From IMG/VR virus record IMGVR_UViG_3300011429_000012, positions 1 to 45,489 of that record: DNA of 45,489 nucleotides, one strand, 5' to 3'. Shown piece by piece: positions 36,547 through 44,730 of the stretch. Every line of letters starts with the position of its first letter. Position 1 is the stretch's first letter. Source of the stretch: a virus. Taxonomy: Duplodnaviria; Caudoviricetes. The position numbers and the translations under genes were made by a program. The notes under the pieces are model-generated. The model did not search any database, was not told the DNA's origin, and worked only from the letters and a program-made list of their open reading frames with translations.

Positions 36547-36741
36547 TTAGTTAGTCCTTATGATTAGTTCTTCAATTTGTGGAGTAGAGGAATTATTATT
36601 CCACTTAACCTCAACAAATAAATGTTGTCCAACTTCATTAGTTACTTTGAATCCTAGAATTTCATTAATATTTTTAATAACTCTTATTTCATTCTTACTC
36701 ATAGTAGGATCAAGAATTGTAATACCGAAAGGAGAAAACAT
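36547..36741 (-). CDS. hypothetical protein
   Basis: GAGG Shine-Dalgarno. Confidence 0.6.
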   Translation of the reverse strand: MFSPFGITILDPTMSKNEIRVIKNINEILGFKVTNEVGQHLFVEVKWNNNSSTPQIEELIIRTN

Positions 36742-36743
36742 AA

Positions 36744-36902
36744 TTAATCCTCAACTTTAATATTACTAATTACATCAATTACATTTCCAACAGCAATCTT
36801 AATTTCGCGCGCTCGTATGTAATTACTATGTTTAATCGCATCTGCTGCTTCATTAATCGTTGCTAACTGTTCCAATATGAGTGCTTTGATCCACTTTGTC
36901 AT
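36744..36902 (-). CDS. small hypothetical protein (MTKWIKALILEQL...)
   Basis: Manual translation, 52 aa; AAGGTG Shine-Dalgarno. Confidence 0.55.
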   Translation of the reverse strand: MTKWIKALILEQLATINEAADAIKHSNYIRAREIKIAVGNVIDVISNIKVED

Positions 36903-37125
36903 TAATCACCTTAATCTTAATAGCCTTTACTGACTTGTTACCAAGAAGGATTTGATCAATTGGAACAAATTCAACTTCCATTCCCTTTTTTAAATCAGTG
37001 AAATGTAATGTATCAGAATTTAATCCTGACCAATGAAAATATATCCGAGTAAATGGAATGTCAGGAGATATGATAAATCCAAATCCTTTAGTAGGCTCAA
37101 TAAATATGATTCTACCTTTTTTCAT
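36853..37125 (-). CDS. cold-shock domain (OB-fold) protein
   Basis: RNP1 KGFGFI, RNP2-like IYFHWS, LKKGMEVEF. Confidence 0.85.
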   Translation of the reverse strand: MKKGRIIFIEPTKGFGFIISPDIPFTRIYFHWSGLNSDTLHFTDLKKGMEVEFVPIDQILLGNKSVKAIKIKVINDKVDQSTHIGTVSND

Positions 37126-37331
37126 TATTCTTCCTTACCTGCAACACTTAATTCAGTAGATGGTTCAAATCCCTCTCGATACCATTTAACAATACGTGTA
37201 TATTTTATTGCATTATTATTTTTTAATACTAACTCTACTACTTTAACTCTTTCAAGATTAAACATAGGGGAGATATATTCTAACCAGCCTTCTTGGGTCT
37301 TTAATTGAATTTCAATTGAATACATTATCAT
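37125..37331 (-). CDS. hypothetical protein
   Basis: AGGA Shine-Dalgarno; TAATG coupling. Confidence 0.6.
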   Translation of the reverse strand: MIMYSIEIQLKTQEGWLEYISPMFNLERVKVVELVLKNNNAIKYTRIVKWYREGFEPSTELSVAGKEE

Positions 37332-37342
37332 TTATTTATCCT

Positions 37343-37395
37343 AAAAGGCGGGGGCTGGCTCGTATATACTTGTTAGTATTATTGAACCAGCCCCC
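37343..37395 (-). terminator. terminator-like stem-loop
   Basis: GGGGGCTGG pairs with CCAGCCCCC; TTTT follows on the minus strand. Confidence 0.5.
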
Positions 37396-37462
37396 TATGA
37401 TTCCTTACTTCTATGCTCCCCTAGAAAGGATAATAGGAAAGGTAGTTTCGTAAGGAATCAAT

Positions 37463-37600
37463 CTATACAACTTCTTCATCTGTATCTGATTCGTTTCCTT
37501 CATCTTCGACTTCATCTTCTTCAGGTTCAACAGGAGTATCTTCACCTGTAGGTTCATCTTCCTGAAGGTGATACTTAACGATTAGATCATCATATGTCAT
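37463..37600 (-). CDS. very acidic 45 aa peptide
   Basis: Manual translation MTYDDLIVKYHLQEDEPTGEDTPVEPEEDEVEDEGNESDTDEEVV; AGGAG Shine-Dalgarno. Confidence 0.75.
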   Translation of the reverse strand: MTYDDLIVKYHLQEDEPTGEDTPVEPEEDEVEDEGNESDTDEEVV

Positions 37601-37609
37601 TCTATACTC

Positions 37610-37951
37610 CTAACGATTTAGAGCGTGGACAATTGCCTTGAATAAATAATCTTTTCGCTGCTGTTCAATTGGCAACTGTTCATATCGAACGAAACAAGGA
37701 TGTTCTTTTTTATCGGCATCCTTAATAGGTCCGTATTTCCATCCCATTAATTCTTTTTCTTTTAGCCATGATTGATGACTAAAATCCGGACCTGCATCTG
37801 GATTAGCTAAATGAAATTGAACCCCTTTAATAGCTGATTCTTGTTGCCATAATGGAGCGTTATTCCATTCTAATTGTGAATAATCACCAATGGATTCACA
37901 ATATGCTCTATTAGATTCATGACAAACGCGCGCTATTTGTTCAACTGTCAT
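37610..37951 (-). CDS. RyR (ryanodine receptor repeat)-domain protein
   Basis: HQSW...GWKYG..KD..KKEHPCFV.YEQLP..QQRKD. Confidence 0.88.
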   Translation of the reverse strand: MTVEQIARVCHESNRAYCESIGDYSQLEWNNAPLWQQESAIKGVQFHLANPDAGPDFSHQSWLKEKELMGWKYGPIKDADKKEHPCFVRYEQLPIEQQRKDYLFKAIVHALNR

Positions 37952-38371
37952 TCATTCATTCCTTGCAATAGCTGCGTTAGCCCAGAATACATATTCTTCT
38001 AATGATGTTAGAGCTAATGACTGTTCTCTACTTTCAGGTGTTTCCTGAATTGTAGTTAGAGCTAATGCTTTAGCTAGGTCACGAATATATACATATCTTT
38101 CAGGCTGGTCATCCTTTGGAGAATGATAAGTGAAATCATTTTCGATTCTCTTACTCATCTTCTCACTAATCTTATACTTCACTCTTGTTACCTCCCTAAT
38201 ATCGATGGTGATGAAATCGCGCGCTAATTCATTGAAACGGGGATATTGTTCCATGAATAGGTTTCGTATCCAAGTATATGTTCTAGAGGGAGACGCGCCA
38301 ACAAAATAAATTTTATCTTCCTTTCGAGTGAAGAATTCAATCTGTTTTGGATGTGGTTTATATTTATTCAT
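37952..38371 (-). CDS. Acb2/Tad1-like helical-hairpin nucleotide sponge with an N-terminal terminase-like extension
   Basis: FTYH.P...Y..IR and SREQSLALTSLEE..FWANAAIAR; internal GTG 38182 with a GGAGG Shine-Dalgarno. Confidence 0.7.
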   Translation of the reverse strand: MNKYKPHPKQIEFFTRKEDKIYFVGASPSRTYTWIRNLFMEQYPRFNELARDFITIDIREVTRVKYKISEKMSKRIENDFTYHSPKDDQPERYVYIRDLAKALALTTIQETPESREQSLALTSLEEYVFWANAAIARNE

Positions 38372-38377
38372 AAAAAG

Positions 38378-38459
38378 TGCCCCTGACTGGAATCGAACCA
38401 GTATGCCTTACGGCGAGAGATTTTAAGTCTCTTGTGTCTGCCAATTTCACCACAGGGGC
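38378..38459 (-). tRNA. tRNA-Leu(UAA)
   Basis: Acceptor GCCCCTG/CAGGGGC, D-loop TTGG, anticodon arm AGAGA-CTTAAAA-TCTCT, long variable arm, GGTTCGATTCC; CCA not encoded. Confidence 0.95.
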
Positions 38460-38577
38460 GTAAAAATTATGGGCCTTAACATTTTGAATTCCGTTGCGAT
38501 ACCCCTTTGTATCGTCGGAGTTAAGTAAGGACTCTTTGCCTTGAAGATATTAAATCTTCCGCCCGTAAACTGGCTAA

Positions 38578-38970
38578 CTAGTCCCTACACTTACGATACG
38601 TATGCTGAACCTTATTCTGCATCTTGTTGTTATACATATCATTCAGGACCATGACTTCAACATCATGTCCAGAGAGCGCGTTAGTATCGAACCTGCTAGA
38701 CTCAGTAACCGTTTCACCTAATGCTTCAAATAGACCCTTCATAAAACCAATGGCCTTACTATTGAAATTCCATGTAAGCGGAACTCCTGCATATTCTTCA
38801 GAACCATTATCAGCATTCTTAATAATGGTGGCTTCTACGACGTAGTTAATCGACTTTCCATCCTTACTCGCCTCGCCATTAGAGCAATCATCGATATGAA
38901 CCTTATACATCGCAGGTTCAACAATCTTATCACGAAGGAGATCCTTAGCTGTGAATTGAATTACGGCCAT
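38578..38970 (-). CDS. putative single-stranded DNA-binding protein (DUF669-like OB fold)
   Basis: VEPAMYKVHI...SKDGKS pattern; downstream of the Sak4-like ATPase. Confidence 0.65.
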   Translation of the reverse strand: MAVIQFTAKDLLRDKIVEPAMYKVHIDDCSNGEASKDGKSINYVVEATIIKNADNGSEEYAGVPLTWNFNSKAIGFMKGLFEALGETVTESSRFDTNALSGHDVEVMVLNDMYNNKMQNKVQHTYRKCRD

Positions 38971-38990
38971 GATTTTAATGATCCTTTTGA

Positions 38991-39821
38991 TTATGGAGTT
39001 ACTGATAATGGTTTCGGAGTAGGAACTGATGGTGCTAGACGATTTTTTTCAATTGCGGGTAAGATGTATTTATCATAGGCTTTGTCACTATTAAATACAA
39101 TCTTTCGAGGGAGCGGTAAAGACGTGCGTGCGTAATCGTCACCAGTATGGGATGTTAGACATGTATAATCTCCTTCCTTTGAGGTATCCATAGCGCGGTC
39201 TACATTGAAATGATATACTTCGCTGCAATATGTAGGAATCTTTGCAGAAATTATTTTTCCGCCTGTAACGATAATTCTGCTATGGTGAGTCGATGCGACT
39301 TCACTATCTAATTTCCTCTCACCAATTACATGAGCGATAAGGACAATATTAATTTTGAAATACTCTTTAATATCCTGAAATAGCGCGATTTCATCTGAGA
39401 AACCAGCAGCTTCAGCCTTATAATCACCCATTGTATTAACAGCAATGCCGCCGATGGTCATTCCTTTATCATCACCTTCGGTATTTTTTTTACCTTCTTT
39501 TGATTTAAGAGATTGTCTATTTATTACGTCGCCATTAGCGGTTATATTATCGAGAATGAGTGTCTTATACTTACAGTTCGTCCTCATTCGTTCTAATTTC
39601 TGTTTAATATTATTAAAATCAGTATAGTAATCAAAATCAATATCGGCTGGATTAATCCCCCAGTTACGACATGGTATGATAAGAGAATCCATCTTCTTAT
39701 CAATAGAAAACCAATATTGAGGAATAGGGAAGGATAGCGCGAACGTGCTCTTTCGAGTTCCCCATTCTCCTTTAAGGAGATACATCATGGAGTCTTGATT
39801 TAATTGGGATAGATTACCCAT
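38991..39821 (-). CDS. AAA_24 / Sak4-like recombination ATPase
   Basis: Walker A GEWGTRKST, Walker B TLILD, LIAH motif. Confidence 0.8.
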   Translation of the reverse strand: MGNLSQLNQDSMMYLLKGEWGTRKSTFALSFPIPQYWFSIDKKMDSLIIPCRNWGINPADIDFDYYTDFNNIKQKLERMRTNCKYKTLILDNITANGDVINRQSLKSKEGKKNTEGDDKGMTIGGIAVNTMGDYKAEAAGFSDEIALFQDIKEYFKINIVLIAHVIGERKLDSEVASTHHSRIIVTGGKIISAKIPTYCSEVYHFNVDRAMDTSKEGDYTCLTSHTGDDYARTSLPLPRKIVFNSDKAYDKYILPAIEKNRLAPSVPTPKPLSVTP

Positions 39822-40195
39822 TAGTCTTTCTCACCTGAAATTTTTTGCAATTTTACGACTAATTCAGGAGTTAACAATTCGTTTAACTTAGTTACGGCAT
39901 GAATGAAATGTTGAACTTCTTGAACATTACTTGTTACAATACCCAATTGTCTCGTACTTTTAATAATATTACTGACTTCTTCACCAAACATATTTCTAAT
40001 TTTAGCAATAGATTCTACATATGTTGAGAGAATAGGAACATAATTATTCAATAATGCTTCAGTTTCATTAATTACAACCTTTACTGTCTCTGCATGTTCC
40101 TGTAAGATTTTATTGCAATGTTCAATATGTTGTAATTCAGTTTGAGTCATAGGTTTATTTAGCATTTCCTTTATCTTTCTTAAGGATTTCTTCAT
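39821..40195 (-). CDS. helical hypothetical protein
   Basis: TAATG coupling; start probably about 40165. Confidence 0.65.
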   Translation of the reverse strand: MKKSLRKIKEMLNKPMTQTELQHIEHCNKILQEHAETVKVVINETEALLNNYVPILSTYVESIAKIRNMFGEEVSNIIKSTRQLGIVTSNVQEVQHFIHAVTKLNELLTPELVVKLQKISGEKD

Positions 40196-40334
40196 TAACT
40201 TTAATTAATCGTCTTGTATGGCGATTGATATAAGACTTATTATACATTACATTTGCATAATACTCAGTTCCTTCCCATACAATTATATATTTTTGAATAG
40301 TCTTATCCCATATTTCGATTCTGTATTTATTCAT
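40155..40334 (-). CDS. small hypothetical protein (MNKYRIEIWDK...)
   Basis: Manual translation, 59 aa; ATGA coupling. Confidence 0.6.
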   Translation of the reverse strand: MNKYRIEIWDKTIQKYIIVWEGTEYYANVMYNKSYINRHTRRLIKVNEEILKKDKGNAK

Positions 40335-40504
40335 TCTTCATTTAACCATTCTGATTTAGTCCAGGAATCAATTATAGCCCTTCCACTTGTAGCCATATGT
40401 TCATCACAAAGCCAAATAACTTCTGATTTCATTGGATTTTCATCATTTTCTACAAGGGCAATAAATGTTGGTTCTGAATCACAATATTCACATTTATCAC
40501 TCAT
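40331..40504 (-). CDS. small Zn-finger-like protein (MSDKCEYC...LCDEH)
   Basis: Manual translation, 57 aa; overlaps the nuclease stop. Confidence 0.65.
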   Translation of the reverse strand: MSDKCEYCDSEPTFIALVENDENPMKSEVIWLCDEHMATSGRAIIDSWTKSEWLNEE

Positions 40505-41585
40505 TCGAAGGGTCCCACTTAGGTCCGACCATAAATAATTCCTTTAACTTTCCTTCTCTCAATCCTCTATCAAGCCTACATACTTCATAGAAATCACAGA
40601 AACCATATTGATTCTGACATGAAGTAAAGCGCGGATCCCATTTATCTAAATCAATCGAGGAAAGAAATTCATATACTTTACCGGGTAGAATTTCATTTCT
40701 CCATTCATTAAGCCGGTCAGAAGTATAGGACATTGTTTCTCTGACAAACTTTTCAGCAGGTTTCAATGATGATTGAAAACCAATTTTATTAATTATCATA
40801 TTATTGGTTCCCATAATTAGACACTGACCCATAAATTGATTATCAATATCTCCCATCTTACGGTCTATCTTACGCGACTTATGGTCCATACTTACAGTTT
40901 TGGGTTGACCTACATTAACTACTACGTCAATCTTTGCCTTCCATAAGATGCGAATTTCATCATCTTCATATAATACTTTACCTTTAACTGTTTCTGATTC
41001 TGATGGTATGAAAGGGTCAGACATGTAATGTTGGAAATACATTTCCATTGTCTTGACAATCCAATTATAACCTACTATATACTTATCAGATTCAAGTGGA
41101 ACATTCTTACAACCGAGATAAGGGTCTGATTTCTTGTGTTTAATACATTTATTCTGTTTACAATCGAGACAACCGAAATAGTATTCTTCACCTGCTATCA
41201 TGCCGGCGGTAATGGATAGAGAGCGCGAAAATCCATTAATGAGATTGGTGTAATAAATTTCTAAAATCGCATGAACAATACTACCTGCCTCAAGAGAGTT
41301 ACCCTTACCATCGATATCAATTAACTGCATGTTATACACGAAGTTGAAATAGCGCGCGCACTTCATGTATGCAGTAAACATCGATGCGTCTAGAATGATA
41401 TTCTTCTTCTTTATAACTACTTCCGCAAGTCCAGAATCAAAGGCTTGCTCCAAACTAATCGTTTCTGGTGGCGTAATAGTTTGGATTTGCTGAATCGTTT
41501 CTTTAATGGCTTCAATTGATGGCAAAGTTTTCCCATGTGAATCCTTTTTTAATTGTTGTAATGCAAGTAGTTCTTCTAAGCCCAT
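40497..41585 (-). CDS. PD-(D/E)XK (Cas4/RecB-like) exonuclease
   Basis: AS...YMKC, GSIVH, KID...DHKS, Q, and C-terminal C.....C.F..VC. Confidence 0.85.
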   Translation of the reverse strand: MGLEELLALQQLKKDSHGKTLPSIEAIKETIQQIQTITPPETISLEQAFDSGLAEVVIKKKNIILDASMFTAYMKCARYFNFVYNMQLIDIDGKGNSLEAGSIVHAILEIYYTNLINGFSRSLSITAGMIAGEEYYFGCLDCKQNKCIKHKKSDPYLGCKNVPLESDKYIVGYNWIVKTMEMYFQHYMSDPFIPSESETVKGKVLYEDDEIRILWKAKIDVVVNVGQPKTVSMDHKSRKIDRKMGDIDNQFMGQCLIMGTNNMIINKIGFQSSLKPAEKFVRETMSYTSDRLNEWRNEILPGKVYEFLSSIDLDKWDPRFTSCQNQYGFCDFYEVCRLDRGLREGKLKELFMVGPKWDPSNE

Positions 41586-41621
41586 ATTACTTCACCATTA
41601 CTTCTACATTCTCAATGCCCA

Positions 41622-41837
41622 TCATCGTTTCTCCAATATATTAATAACTTTATTATAATTATCTTCTGTATCAAGAATTTCCATAGGATAATCAATTCCT
41701 TTAATATATAAATATCTAATTCTTTCTTTCATATCATTATTGAATGGTCCAGTCATCATATAAATTAATGACTCATCGATATAAAGAGTTAATCTTTTCT
41801 CATCAGTCCGATATGAAAAGGAGTCTAGAACTATCAT
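41622..41837 (-). CDS. hypothetical protein
   Basis: ATGA-coupled ORF. Confidence 0.6.
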   Translation of the reverse strand: MIVLDSFSYRTDEKRLTLYIDESLIYMMTGPFNNDMKERIRYLYIKGIDYPMEILDTEDNYNKVINILEKR

Positions 41838-42022
41838 GATTTACAGTTCTCCTCCATGAACTTAACGATTTCTTTCAATGATTCTATCGAATGATATATA
41901 CTATCCTCAACTTCAGTATATTCCCATATGCCGGAAATTATATTCTTACTTATGATAGCGAATGAACCATCTTCGTCATAAACGGCGTAGTCATTGCCAT
42001 CTTTAGTGAATGTATATAACAT
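41834..42022 (-). CDS. hypothetical protein
   Basis: TAATG coupling to the helicase. Confidence 0.6.
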   Translation of the reverse strand: MLYTFTKDGNDYAVYDEDGSFAIISKNIISGIWEYTEVEDSIYHSIESLKEIVKFMEENCKS

Positions 42023-44139
42023 TAAGATGCCTTCTTTCTTTTATTATGGCCTTTAACAATTGATTCAATCAATTCTTTAATAATATCAGCTTGATTAAAC
42101 TGAACTGCCTCGCCTTTATTCATGGAATTATGAAACTCTGACCGTTTCTTTTCAATAATTCCAGCAAGTAAATCATCTATGGAACCTGCTGCTGTCATGA
42201 ATATTACATTAATTATTGCCGCTATCTGTCCAATTCTTCTAAATCGTCCCGGTGCAGCTTGGTCCTCATTAGCAGGATTCCATTGTCTTTCATGGACGAT
42301 AGCATCACTACATGTCTGTAAGTTTAATCCCTCACCTGCAGCAAGTGTAGATGCAACAAGGAAAGCGCGTTCAGACTTATTAAATTTTTCCTGAACTTCA
42401 AATCTATCCATACTTGACTGTTCACCTGTTAGTCTCAATACAGGTATGGATGGAAATTCTGCCTTTAACTTATCATATAGTATACTCGCTACATCTTTAT
42501 GATGGACGAATATAACTAACTTTCTATCTGTTTCTTCGTAGAATGTTCTAGCCCATTCAACCGTTACAGGTATCTTAGCAAGACCTGTAATGTGTCTCAT
42601 TCGAGATAGTTTCGCTATTACTGGACCATCTTCATTGTCATATTCATCTTCAGTTCCGCCTATAACCTTTTCATTATACCACTTAACGAAATTACTGACT
42701 TCCTCATCATATGTCTGTTGCTGAACATTATCCATGTCACAGTAGAATAATGTTCTATTAACATCAGGCATTTCTCTCATTACTTCTGATATCTCTCTTC
42801 TGATAACTAAATCCTTTGTATATTCCTTGAACCGTTCAATATCTCGTATTCCGCCTTCTTTATACTTATCTGTTCCAGTCTGTTGATAGTAATTAACCCA
42901 TCTCTGACTGAACTGTGCGAATGAAGGAAATTTCTGCGGCGCCATCATGTTTAAGATGGAGAAATATTCAGACCCTCGATTTTTCCAAGGTGTCCCCGAG
43001 AGCGCGATAACATTCTTATCTTTAACTAATCGTCTTACCTGTTGAGTTCGTGTCGAATCTACGTTCTTAACTTGTTGGCATTCATCTAAGACTATTGTTT
43101 TAATATCAGCTAACTTACTTATATCAAAACCTTGACTAACTATCTTACCTTTCATCTTCCTATTCTTAGGGACCATTATATCATAAGAAATAATGTATGA
43201 CTTAAACATTGGAAGAATATGGTCCTCAGACGATGTAATTACTTGTGGAATAATATTCAGCCACTTCAATGCTTCCTTGAATAGCTGAAATTTAAGAGAT
43301 GATTTAACTACGAATAATACAGGAAATGCAACTGGATTAAAGAATAGATAACCCAACATCTGAATAGTTTTGCCTAATCCCATTTCATCGCAGATTAGGA
43401 CTCCCTTATTAACTGCTAAACTTGTTTCAATAAACCGCATTCCTTCTATCTGAAAAGGAAATGGTTTAAACTCGAAACATTTGTTACATTTATTCTTTTC
43501 CCATACATGCTTACATGCTTTAACACGCGGTTCATGATTATTAGATATGAACGTTTCGTATGGCGTGCCCTTACGAATCTCTTTAATTAAAAGGTGCCCA
43601 CATTTAAGAAATATCATCTTCCTATCTGGGCGGTCGGAAGATGTAGTTATTAGTGAACTTCTAACTTCAATTGCATCTTTACTACATGTCGGACATTTAT
43701 CACGAAGCTGAGTAATTTCATATTTAGGACGTGTAATAGTTTCTTCTACTTTTACATTCTTAGTTACTATTTCTTCCACATAATCAATCTTTACGTTAGC
43801 ACCTGACCTAATTGCATTAATAATATCAGGTGAAAGAGCTAAATGACTACATGGTGCAGTAGATGTGCATCCTATTAAACGCGCCTTTAACGCCCATGCA
43901 GCATTATGATGTTGCCCGGGGCAAAGCGCGTGTGCTATTTCATGTAATATTGTATTTCTAATTTCAGGTTCAGGATGGATATCTACATGATGAGCGTTTA
44001 GGATTATAGCCTTATCAGCATAAGAACATAATCCTAAATACCAATTATTATTGGTAGTCGAGAGTCTGACATGCCAATCTAATAGATTATGTTCTATTAG
44101 TTTTTCATGACAGAATCTTGTTGCGGCTTCTCTATTCAT
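42022..44139 (-). CDS. SprT-like metalloprotease fused to a SNF2-family (HARP-like) helicase
   Basis: LGLC..., TILHEIAHAL, HHNAAW; Cys-rich linker; PFQ, DEMGLGKT, DECQ, LSGTP, GEGLNL, WNP..EDQA..RFRRIGQ. Confidence 0.92.
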   Translation of the reverse strand: MNREAATRFCHEKLIEHNLLDWHVRLSTTNNNWYLGLCSYADKAIILNAHHVDIHPEPEIRNTILHEIAHALCPGQHHNAAWALKARLIGCTSTAPCSHLALSPDIINAIRSGANVKIDYVEEIVTKNVKVEETITRPKYEITQLRDKCPTCSKDAIEVRSSLITTSSDRPDRKMIFLKCGHLLIKEIRKGTPYETFISNNHEPRVKACKHVWEKNKCNKCFEFKPFPFQIEGMRFIETSLAVNKGVLICDEMGLGKTIQMLGYLFFNPVAFPVLFVVKSSLKFQLFKEALKWLNIIPQVITSSEDHILPMFKSYIISYDIMVPKNRKMKGKIVSQGFDISKLADIKTIVLDECQQVKNVDSTRTQQVRRLVKDKNVIALSGTPWKNRGSEYFSILNMMAPQKFPSFAQFSQRWVNYYQQTGTDKYKEGGIRDIERFKEYTKDLVIRREISEVMREMPDVNRTLFYCDMDNVQQQTYDEEVSNFVKWYNEKVIGGTEDEYDNEDGPVIAKLSRMRHITGLAKIPVTVEWARTFYEETDRKLVIFVHHKDVASILYDKLKAEFPSIPVLRLTGEQSSMDRFEVQEKFNKSERAFLVASTLAAGEGLNLQTCSDAIVHERQWNPANEDQAAPGRFRRIGQIAAIINVIFMTAAGSIDDLLAGIIEKKRSEFHNSMNKGEAVQFNQADIIKELIESIVKGHNKRKKAS

Positions 44140-44154
44140 ATGATTATTTATTAT

Positions 44155-44397
44155 TTAAAATACCAACTCTTCCCTACCGATAGTTCCATTATTATTAATA
44201 TAGTAACTAATTGTCAAAATCGCCGGTTGCTTACTTCCGTCAAAATTAAACCGACCTACATGCATTCTTACATTAGGACCTAATCCATTAATTCTAATCC
44301 ATCTACCTAACTTAATGAAATCGCGCGCCTCTGAAAGAGCTTCTCTAACCATCAAAACTGTGTAATCAATCTTCTGTTCTGATTTCATAGAATACAT
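44155..44397 (-). CDS. hypothetical protein
   Basis: GAGGAG Shine-Dalgarno. Confidence 0.6.
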   Translation of the reverse strand: MYSMKSEQKIDYTVLMVREALSEARDFIKLGRWIRINGLGPNVRMHVGRFNFDGSKQPAILTISYYINNNGTIGREELVF

Positions 44398-44524
44398 CTT
44401 CTATCTCCTCAGGGGAGCCATCATAAATATCATCTTTAATTGCCTCTGCTAATTCATTCAATTCCGCTTCAGTAAAATTAGCAATAGGGCTCACTGTAAC
44501 TTTAATTATGATTGTCTTAGGCAT
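44366..44524 (-). CDS. small acidic hypothetical protein (MPKTIIIKVTV...)
   Basis: Manual translation, 52 aa; TAATG coupling. Confidence 0.6.
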   Translation of the reverse strand: MPKTIIIKVTVSPIANFTEAELNELAEAIKDDIYDGSPEEIEDVFYEIRTED

Positions 44525-44727
44525 TATATTTTTTCTTGATAATTATGATTTCTAGTAAGAATTGATTTGCTTAATCCAACATCTTCAGGTCCACTTACTT
44601 GTAAACATTTTAGTGCTAAATTTAGGTTAGCTCTGGCTGGATTACTAGGATTAAGAAAAGTCATTGCATAATATATTTCTCTGGCTGCTTGTTCTAAATT
44701 ATTATGTAATTCATTTATGACTTTCAT
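44524..44727 (-). CDS. hypothetical protein
   Basis: AGGA Shine-Dalgarno. Confidence 0.6.
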   Translation of the reverse strand: MKVINELHNNLEQAAREIYYAMTFLNPSNPARANLNLALKCLQVSGPEDVGLSKSILTRNHNYQEKI

Positions 44728-44730
44728 GAA

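Noticed and set aside
40218-40538. 106 aa + strand ORF
   Set aside because: Antisense to two coupled minus-strand genes (40155..40334 and 40331..40504)
40497-41585. Cas4-like nuclease as evidence of a CRISPR system
   Set aside because: No repeat-spacer array or other cas genes seen; context is a nuclease-Sak4-SSB recombination module
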